From positions 124,001 through 188,000 of the IMG/VR virus record IMGVR_UViG_3300042923_000601: DNA of 64,000 nt; one strand, given 5' to 3'. The notes below the pieces were generated by a model. It was not told the origin of the DNA. It did not search any database and saw nothing but the letters and a program-made list of their open reading frames with translations. Every line of letters starts with the position of its first letter. The first letter of the stretch is position 1. This document shows, piece after piece, positions 59,301 to 64,000 of this stretch. Both the position numbers and the translations under genes were made by a program.

Positions 59301-60685
59301 ACTTGGCATCTAACATCAAGTCCCATAGTGGTAATATTGACCGTGCCTTGATCCGTTACAACGGTAATGAGCTAGGTCAAGAATATCCAAACCGGGTATC
59401 CAAATATCTGAGGGAGAACTCTGGTCTGACCTTCGCAGATGTAGGCAACGTTGAAGCCACTGGTGTAAACACCTACAACGGAAGCAGTGATTCCAGCACT
59501 CCAGTAGATGATGGTAAAATCCGTTCAATGTCTGACTTGATGACAAACATCACCAGCACTCTCACATCTCTGACAACGGATCGATACGGTATTGATGTTA
59601 CGAAGTTGCTGAGTGGCGTGGATGAATTATTTGGCCTCGTTGATCCACTTAACGACGGCACAATGTCATCTGACTCATCCTCTAGCGCTTCGTCTAGCAC
59701 TATTGCATGGAACCCTAATGCATCCTCAAGTAGCGATGACGGAAAAGCCGGAGAGTATAAGAACTACATCTTGAGTAAATACACCAACCTGAAGGGCGAT
59801 ACTGACATGCACGAGTTCTTGGCGCAGCGTATCAGTAATCTGGCTTCAGCATATGGTAAATCCGTCGATGTAACAAGCGGCTGGAGAAGTGCTCAGGAGC
59901 AACAAAGACTGATCACGGAATGGCGTCAACGTAACCCAGGGGCGTCCGATACTGAACGTCGTAAATGGGTTGCTGATCCAGGTCAAAGTAAGCATGACAT
60001 TGGCCTTGCAGCAGACTTAGCAGGTTGGATCAAGCAAGTTCCAGCTGCTGAGCTTGCCAAGTATGGTCTCTGGAAGCCAATGTCGAATGAGGACTGGCAC
60101 TTTGAACCAATTGAAACGAAGGCTATTGGGCGGGATAAGCAAGAATATCTGCGTTCAATCTTCGGTCAACCTTATAGTCCTGCAACTGGATATGAAAAGT
60201 ATCTACAGGCAGGGTTTGGCAAGGGTGGAACACCTAAGCCTGTTCTTAAAGCCGTCTCGGTTGGTAAAGAACTGCCGGTTGTTGGTAATGGTATCGGCGA
60301 TCCTGACAGTAATCCGGGTGCTGTTGTAAACGGTGCGCCTAGTGCGGCTGAATATGCAGCAAATGCCCAGCTTGCAGCGTCCTACTTCATGCCATCCTCA
60401 TCTTCACGTGCTGGAGGAGGGGACGATCAAGTCGTTGCTCTGCTGAAAACCATCATCGATCGCTTGGATAGTCTGGTTAATATTTCAGCCGAATCCAAAA
60501 CCATCTTCAAAAACCTTGCATCATCCCTTATGAATGGAACAATTTCTCAAGAAAGTGGTTCGCCAACGGTAGCCATCATCCGCCCTTCTAGCCAAACACA
60601 ATCAACAAATCCTATGATAGATGGGCAGGGACGGTCTCCGTCTAAATCAAGTATTATGGCGGCCATAGCTGCGGGAACAAGATAA
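50303..60685 (+). CDS. Tape measure / tail-associated lysin (3460 aa) with C39-like peptidase, SLT transglycosylase and M15-type peptidase domains
   Basis: Helical N-terminus; four LPGGPxxGxMLG repeats; SGCAPA..HYVL..NDP (papain-like); ALAEVESGWN...GWGQV (SLT); TSGWRS..SKHDIGLAAD..EDWHFE (M15). Confidence 0.85.
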   Translation: MAKENTAVKSYVANITQSLLHAGKIVVKDAMPTMSSTVDKNQQLVKSGLTYTREFLSHKGPASGGSNKLLTNVMKDVDAIKKNAFERLKSGKLTDFDKQTDDLDDLLNMGGEFAIDWGDSNGDPFADPNEPWLNDDTMASIKAVRSAAKIQHDGDNIRTKVMVDSIYQSAEQAANYTAKTATKLQTIKMNMAAQMHTETVKLMGNTNALLQNMVSFNNNQVVEQMNRQTDFYQAVILELQEIKASVKMPEKQQRGLETSAVDEVFGSGGLDLAAYAKQIKGNFMNSSVGTMLGMGKTGADMMGGSVMDRLKNDPFGVVISMLGAGLLPKSIGSAMKNLDNSFSGLMSAMVLRLNGMRDNISILGDLSLPNLLGLNIGQKKTFNVGGYHREAMQYNGKADKALTEVIPTLLSHILSTLQGTSSVAHFDYTTGRFRDGAAIIKENNQRVKDAKRSPLLDVKSSMRRSLRALPGGDSAAMEKDLDTFLEYIVDSGKLYNPRKETSAQEMKNKGLDLSSPDVYNALRAAFLNMPKHLQNTAPRGALEGRGAGDRTMRTIENDLFDTGLSSVYGDLTKVTGPTVKGPGAITPVSLLKDIKNILIDGIIVYGAGNVNDRNPSSPKQILKRRTKNRRANSEEARAELQARIRETEANGPRPELDDITRMPFDDMRTRMASANNPGDDRDRMNSGFLRRLLNERSMVRRAGMIRDKVTNPSQLITGIIGRMDSMIYRMIYGKDDSSGGSDDADGDGGGGGRRGIIGRITDALRRGMDKSIRFIDAKIFTPMHEKFFGEQGLFTKFMESFDPFIDRMKEMGATGFKKVTKFLMGDKNAQGFYTGGALADVGNMFVDFGNATRNLLTGGGYTRSDGTQVGENGQSVFSYVKQYSKALFENIKVGLFGEKKEIIKEDGTVVLQHDGTGLFNGVVDSLKNSMSVFTSMFKTKEGEDPSDVQKTVDKWKGELKGFLPKGIAGGTAGMMASMLLPGGPILGAMLGSTLAFASHSSQFREMLFGNEEAGKDGMIPKKYVDGFKKYFPSMSAGGLLGMVGSVVLPGGPLLGLMLGSSIGYASKSERVQELLFGKEEDGKVIKEGLLGSKFKGNLKKFFPNMGAGGIMGMIGSAFLPGGPLIGLMLGSAAGFASKSEAIKEMLFGKEEDGKVTKKGLFSPATQAKLKKALPVGVLGGLAGVVSGTVGFLSPAGPLLGAMLGATLAIAGTGDKFKDMIFGKYDPEEEKRKGGALGRIRDFMKTELFDPFREWRKKKGLQVQDWFMESVRKPFEAALDPFKQAMGMIGTKFRDSFVELKDSFKGAINRVFEKSVGAPLGELVKKYITDPMKGVLDKLFNAIGKGLAVIATSPIKFMTRVANSVLEKEEDEKKTDKSDKKKKSFRDRFEGAMGSLNGAYIGFLDSMKPAKDKAVKDTKEKAASASNQVRRVATNIKGSLLNLIGRLKFDPKTGDVIVDTEQEGAAHTDQGVRVDAKANSTVPNNAVLPPTAPQPENLATKAIEEAKAESDKNTGLGTGEKPPHSSSGINGLFFDGVVTLSGELDLKKLGSHVETTNKNVQTIRDEVHGQLNGVGWNLQYIANILTDVYGSPSTSPEEMEKRGNKRRKGFFGRMTDMLRNPVKAFGGLLKDLVTAPFKMVTSLTKSLIGGIVGTVKNVIGPILRLPAEIVKITGKVIGTVGRVFATALDMVAPAVKGILTTIGTATTSIMKGAGKLLVGAADGLGRIIAGAGKTVGSAIALVGDFARHTIPKLTSALGRLTGVVGDVVVGIGKFAKDMVLGSIRGVANLFKKIPTLTKSVQQVYVAGGTLDTVKSVTTIKEIHTLERLVNIGPPPIAPGSIMRRVARRQSHASGLDVVPYDNYQANLHRGEMVVPGEQANLLRIAAGESPVPISTTKGLRGIKNQLSNKIGQAVQKSPVLRNFSKFGRMLRRFTSNFIRPMFPRIDYLAKQIERVNTEDGFNQAHIGLLNDIAVSNIQILNAIGAKQKDSLWDMLKGLLTGLGSLLNPLKFLKGFPGSLIDRLRSTFPSLNCPCPTPTGGGGGGGGGGTRTVIVGGATKSGSGTKTTSSDTRGRQTPERGPSTSPTVKPGTKAPSRTVIPGPGRTTPTEPTPIRTVVPGTQETVTPAGPRIVNPSRNTPAEPTPLRPAASASTTLTNAFNDIQARKLMFQPQTLQLAATGTDGAVMYSPLGSNSPVMSAGSNSGNIVQFRGSTSSTGSSYAGGSSSTGGPRVPSNLRVLNPTATVSTAPPITVDSAGRIIRNPQIVPSTPVTVSGTGKINRIAGATEPTVTSSNNVVTFGSKAAKSTTAPITVDGTGRIIINTNAVSSGKVVDFAPRTGGPFINQNAPLTVDSAGRITRTATNVVEFNGAKSGTSTSSSVMKVPNGAAAYAPLIDTATGFSKWLPAIGQAVQYGDALRQVVVAEDKNKAFSGALGTISGGTMGAEIGAAVGGPYAPVTGALGGLLGMFVGKEAMVAMHDKVTKGVDWPKLALNVTHGIQDYIFTPVTDTVSNIGKRLSSLGKAMGDTWDAIAKEGITWGTIKDKMFSATTLFTKITNGISDGATNLWNKITGKEDKEEETTPTWKPLNTPSGNTLTDAITNYMNGSKTETKKAETPAPKSVVFKPVTTTKPQPKITDFLLGGKGGESSEAKQYLLPSSIGNASTLNTYANGTASTIGSLAPAAVINSVPHISQLSTGVKTQKFGKTKDTLGDSGCAPAVAAMALSAIIGRQVTITEMANLAASKGFKVGFNGTNPLFFKYLEKDYPVRVTNVTGQSMSKRVLKALQDGHLVILMGGGQDKTDALTRSTGSSTPFGSVAHYVLATGYDQTKNRITVNDPLSKSGSDTYNLTSTLASSTGAFVIQSRSSGMGAFSLRDMDKFLPGLTMPMLGKGDDTDAGIRSEFGYAIGKGKSDITVDDIRMIKKLGAEYGVNPHLWLALAEVESGWNSKAENSKSSAKGWGQVIKGTGKWLYTDKLKLGSYYDHDTMALDKETNARMSMYYLASNIKSHSGNIDRALIRYNGNELGQEYPNRVSKYLRENSGLTFADVGNVEATGVNTYNGSSDSSTPVDDGKIRSMSDLMTNITSTLTSLTTDRYGIDVTKLLSGVDELFGLVDPLNDGTMSSDSSSSASSSTIAWNPNASSSSDDGKAGEYKNYILSKYTNLKGDTDMHEFLAQRISNLASAYGKSVDVTSGWRSAQEQQRLITEWRQRNPGASDTERRKWVADPGQSKHDIGLAADLAGWIKQVPAAELAKYGLWKPMSNEDWHFEPIETKAIGRDKQEYLRSIFGQPYSPATGYEKYLQAGFGKGGTPKPVLKAVSVGKELPVVGNGIGDPDSNPGAVVNGAPSAAEYAANAQLAASYFMPSSSSRAGGGDDQVVALLKTIIDRLDSLVNISAESKTIFKNLASSLMNGTISQESGSPTVAIIRPSSQTQSTNPMIDGQGRSPSKSSIMAAIAAGTR

Positions 60686-60697
60686 TAAGGGACGGAG

Positions 60698-60721
60698 GAC
60701 GGAGGGTTAACACCCTTCGTC
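60698..60721 (+). terminator. Hairpin after the tape-measure gene
   Basis: GACGGAGGG / CCCTTCGTC. Confidence 0.6.
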
Positions 60722-60754
60722 TTTCCTTATATTCGAATGAACGAGGTGAGTAAT

Positions 60755-62476
60755 ATGGCTATAAGCATTGTATATCAGGTTGGTGATAGTACCGTCGTTG
60801 GTACGATTGGTACAGCGGCGGGTATCCACACTTCTGCCGACATGACGTCTGTTGTTGTCGGGCAATTAGCCCGAGGTGACAAGGTTACCGTAACTGAAAT
60901 TAAGAAAGACCCGATGTTGGCAAAAACCACATGGGGAAAGCATAGTAGAGGATGGACACCTATAACATCATCGGGGATTGTTGTTATGGTACCTATCACT
61001 ACCAATCAAGCACCTGCAACTACACCTGTAACAACACCAACGGTGAATGAGACTCAATCTTTCACGGACGATGAAATCACTCAGACGATCCGTACCATCA
61101 ATAATGAGTACAAGATGACATCCGACGTTCAATTTCGGATGAAATCTGCACGATCGATTATGGGACTCCCCCATCAATTCATCAATACAGCTGATCCTCG
61201 TATCAAGAACTCTGGGTTTGGCCGCATGTTTACTGAGAATATTCTTATGGACATGCCGATTGTATCCATTATCCCAGGTGGGCCAAAGTTCCTTTCGGGT
61301 AAAGGAATCAGTAAGAAAGCCAGAGCTGACCTTGTCAACGCTGTCGTTAAAGGGCTTAACGCTCCTACCGAAATGGTCGGTAACATGATTGATGACCTGA
61401 CCGGTGGTAAGAATGCTAAGTATTACTCCTTTGAAACACAGTACTCGGAGTATATGATGTACGTTAACAACCTTACACGTATCATGTCGATCTATCTTGG
61501 ACTCCGAAAGAATGCGCTCTGGGGCGGAAATAAATCCTACGGAGACTTCAACTGGGAAACCAAGAAGACTGAGGTTGATGGTGCAACATCTCTGATCGAA
61601 TTGCTGGGTAGTCACGGTGCCGTTACTTTTTATTATGACAAATCAGGCACAGGAATGAACGAATCCATGAGTAACAGCACGGATAAGTCCATGCTTGACT
61701 CCGCGATGAATAACGCCTCGAACATGGCGAAAGAAGCCGAATTTATCTTCGGTGTCGGAGCCGGTAAGAGCGTAGACTTCATGAATGAGGCTTTGGCTGA
61801 GCAGAAGATCAACACTCTCTCGGAAAATTTGGCTGGGAATAGTAATATTTTCAGTACGTTATGGACAAATCTAAAAGCTGGGATGACCACAGTTGTATCT
61901 GGTGCCAATATGCTTTTGCCTGAGATTTGGAGAGGTCATACATTCTCCCGTAACTACACGGTGGATATCAACCTCGTATCTCCATATGGTACACCTGAGG
62001 CATTTTATCTCAACATTGGCGTCCCACTATGCTTCCTACTGCCACTTGTTGCTCCTAGACAATTTGGTGCCAATGGCTTCTATTCTCCATTCTTGGTACA
62101 GGCATTCTCAAACGGGATGTTCAACTGCTCTCTTGGCATTGTAGACTCCATGTCGATTAGCCGATTTGGTACAGGGGATTCGATCTCTAGAAAGGGATTG
62201 CCACTTGAGGTTAAGGTGAGTTTGACCTTTAAGGATATGTATGATGCAATGGGTGTCTCTACTGCTGCTAACATGACAGCCCTTATGAATAATACGCCTT
62301 TGCTCGACTTTATGGCGAACTTATCCGCCGTTAACCTTAATGACCCTGACTTGGTTCGTAAAATGAGAATCTTCATTTCATCCAAAGCAGATACGATCAC
62401 AGACCTACCGGGTAACGTTATCAACCGGATATTTGACGCTGCTCGTGACAATATAAATAATTCAATCACATACTAA
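60755..62476 (+). CDS. Probable baseplate hub / tube-initiator-like protein with an N-terminal SH3b-like domain
   Basis: Start after GAGGTG; N-terminal IHTSA...VVGQLARGDKVTV...WGK..RGW, Thr/Pro linker, C-terminal YTVDINLVSPYG...GIVDSMSISR...LPLEVKVSLTFKD. Confidence 0.55.
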   Translation: MAISIVYQVGDSTVVGTIGTAAGIHTSADMTSVVVGQLARGDKVTVTEIKKDPMLAKTTWGKHSRGWTPITSSGIVVMVPITTNQAPATTPVTTPTVNETQSFTDDEITQTIRTINNEYKMTSDVQFRMKSARSIMGLPHQFINTADPRIKNSGFGRMFTENILMDMPIVSIIPGGPKFLSGKGISKKARADLVNAVVKGLNAPTEMVGNMIDDLTGGKNAKYYSFETQYSEYMMYVNNLTRIMSIYLGLRKNALWGGNKSYGDFNWETKKTEVDGATSLIELLGSHGAVTFYYDKSGTGMNESMSNSTDKSMLDSAMNNASNMAKEAEFIFGVGAGKSVDFMNEALAEQKINTLSENLAGNSNIFSTLWTNLKAGMTTVVSGANMLLPEIWRGHTFSRNYTVDINLVSPYGTPEAFYLNIGVPLCFLLPLVAPRQFGANGFYSPFLVQAFSNGMFNCSLGIVDSMSISRFGTGDSISRKGLPLEVKVSLTFKDMYDAMGVSTAANMTALMNNTPLLDFMANLSAVNLNDPDLVRKMRIFISSKADTITDLPGNVINRIFDAARDNINNSITY

Positions 62477-62482
62477 CAATAA

Positions 62483-62505
62483 ACGGATAGGGCTCTCCTA
62501 TCCGT
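62483..62505 (+). terminator. Terminator
   Basis: ACGGATAGG / CCTATCCGT. Confidence 0.7.
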
Positions 62506-62819
62506 ACTTCATTTATTAAAAAGATAAATGGGTTATGACAAAAAAGTATACCCTAACCAAAATCTCTGAGACAGAGGGGCGGCGGGCGGGATTAGATAAG
62601 AATTAAGAACAAATAACTCGAAGAAGGAAAGAGGAATAGGATAGTGATAATATAACTAGCTTAGATAAAGTAAATCCCCGAAGGGGAGAGAAGGATAAAT
62701 AAAAGGTTTAAAAGAATTAAAGACAGGTGGAACCCCCCTCCTGGAAGGACCCGTTAAATTTCGATACATAGGAGAAGCTTTAGGGCTTCTCTTTTGTCTA
62801 TGTAAAAACATACCCATCT

Positions 62820-62833
62820 GGTTATATATTATA
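62820..62833 (+). promoter_or_regulatory. Early-type promoter GGTTATATATTATA
   Basis: Exact copy of the 24101-24114 motif, upstream of 62864. Confidence 0.65.
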
Positions 62834-62863
62834 AAGGTGAACCCTACTAAATAGGAGGTAAAA

Positions 62864-63190
62864 ATGAACACTTATTTAATCGTTGCAACTGGTAAAACGT
62901 CATATCGATTTTATGTAGGAGCATCATCCTACAAACAAGCTGTTGAAAACGCAGCTGACACTCTGATTGAATCCGTGGTAGACTTATTCCACGAGGTCAC
63001 AGACCCTAATCTTGATCCGGTATGCTACTTTGCCATTCAGGATGAAGATGGTGACCAACGCAATGTATTCTTCCTCTATATCGTTAATGAGGAAAACAGC
63101 GCACGGTATAGCTTAAAGACATTCACTAGAGCTACAGATGCGGTGTACCTAGAGAAAAAATTCAATCTGTTAATTAGGAGAGACGTTTAA
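62864..63190 (+). CDS. Hypothetical protein (108 aa)
   Basis: AGGAGG RBS. Confidence 0.65.
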   Translation: MNTYLIVATGKTSYRFYVGASSYKQAVENAADTLIESVVDLFHEVTDPNLDPVCYFAIQDEDGDQRNVFFLYIVNEENSARYSLKTFTRATDAVYLEKKFNLLIRRDV

Positions 63191-63627
63191 TGCCCCATGC
63201 ACCATTTAATACTGTAGAGTTTGCCAAGTACTATCCTGACAGACGGATGCTGGAATCAATGATGGCCAAGGTCACCTTATCCACGGATTCAGCAAGCGTT
63301 CGTGCTTTGATTGAAGAGTATATGCTGACTCATAAAGAGTTATCAGCTGATACCACAGCACTCTTATCTTTCATTCTGGTTCACCATCGTACGCTGCTTA
63401 AGACGACAGTTGTATCTGACACCAGTTGGTGCAATATTAAATTCTTGGTCAGACCTGAAAAGGTCTACGATCTATCAAATCCTAAATTCCGTATTGACGG
63501 AGACGTGGAACGGAAGCTCGTATGTTATACCCGGAATGCATCCAGAATCTTTATTAATTTATCTTCAATACCAACTGACGTTAATGCCAATCAATCGGGG
63601 TATCTTGTACACCCTACACTAACCTAG
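63190..63627 (+). CDS. Hypothetical protein (145 aa)
   Basis: Stop/start overlap TAATG; AGGAG RBS. Confidence 0.6.
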   Translation: MPHAPFNTVEFAKYYPDRRMLESMMAKVTLSTDSASVRALIEEYMLTHKELSADTTALLSFILVHHRTLLKTTVVSDTSWCNIKFLVRPEKVYDLSNPKFRIDGDVERKLVCYTRNASRIFINLSSIPTDVNANQSGYLVHPTLT

Positions 63628-63641
63628 GAGGAAATTGAATA

Positions 63642-64000
63642 ATGCCACTTATCGGAAAGAAAGAAGATTTGAATAGCTTGATCGCAAGACTGGAAAAGTA
63701 TCCTTACACCTCTAAACCATATAAAGAACTGCTGAAAGCCATCGCTAAACAATGCGAAGGTAAGTATAAGGATCAAGCAATCCTCTGTGTTCCTAGAGTG
63801 GCAGCTACGCCTGGGACACATAATATGAATCCAGCCAACGGGAAGCACAGTGATATTGCAACGTTGTTTGGGATGAAACTGGCGTTTGAAGAGGAAAGCC
63901 TCCTTACGTACAGACCACGTAACGAAGTGGAATATGATATGGCTTACCAGCAGGTTATTGCATGTGCTTACGTAACGGATGGAGACCGTTACGTATTCCT
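63642..64000 (+). CDS. 5' part of a Nudix-like (MutT-family phosphoesterase) protein, truncated by the window end
   Basis: AGGAGG RBS; MPLIGKKEDL...YRPRNEVEYDMAYQQVIACAYVTDGDRYVF resembles the RxxxExDxxxKQxIPY segment that precedes the Nudix box in this family. Confidence 0.45.
   Translation, partial: MPLIGKKEDLNSLIARLEKYPYTSKPYKELLKAIAKQCEGKYKDQAILCVPRVAATPGTHNMNPANGKHSDIATLFGMKLAFEEESLLTYRPRNEVEYDMAYQQVIACAYVTDGDRYVF

Noticed and set aside
472-60329. Numerous antisense or overlapping ORFs in the track (e.g. 13880-14521, 34976-35767, 47403-48068, 49560-50189, 55520-56194)
   Set aside because: They are shadows of long genes, lack RBSs and have no recognisable motifs.
62528-62606. Tiny ORFs in the purine-rich gap (13 and 23 aa)
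   Set aside because: No Shine-Dalgarno sequence; likely chance.
1-64000. CRISPR array, tRNA or rRNA genes
   Set aside because: No regularly spaced short direct repeats and no cloverleaf or rRNA-like segments were seen in the intergenic gaps; the repeats found are coding.
1-64000. Stop-codon reassignment
   Set aside because: Very long ORFs (3460 and ~4000 aa) and dense packing under the standard code, with TAA, TAG and TGA all used as stops.
1-64000. Phage-nucleus genes (chimallin, PhuZ)
   Set aside because: No tubulin motif or recognisable shell protein in this window; this cannot be excluded elsewhere in the genome.

Overview
A 64-kb segment of a lytic jumbo-phage genome of the phiKZ/AR9(PBS1)-like type, probably infecting a Paenibacillus/Brevibacillus-like Firmicute. 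The host is inferred from strong GGAGG ribosome-binding sites, an amidase endolysin with a copper-amine-oxidase-N-like C-terminal domain, and the tail-fibre style. The window holds virion genes: a ~3990-aa fibre with four tandem cassettes, a second fibre, baseplate/hub-like proteins and a 3460-aa tape measure with three wall-hydrolase domains. It also holds a lysis module, three fragments of multisubunit RNA polymerases (unsplit beta, beta' N-half, beta' C-half), and early genes including PPK1, a protein kinase, RNase H, an HU-like protein and a Nudix-like protein. Two promoter classes are readable in the sequence: an AT-rich early-type motif (TATATTATA) and AR9-type late promoters (AACA-N6-TA/TG). 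The most unusual items are a polyphosphate kinase fused to three HTH-like repeats with an internal second start, and several apparent pseudo-enzymes: a beta'-like protein with duplicated (N/D)FDGD motifs, a ThyX-like fold lacking its catalytic motif, and a DEDDh nuclease with substituted catalytic residues. All family assignments come from motif recognition by eye; no database searches were run.
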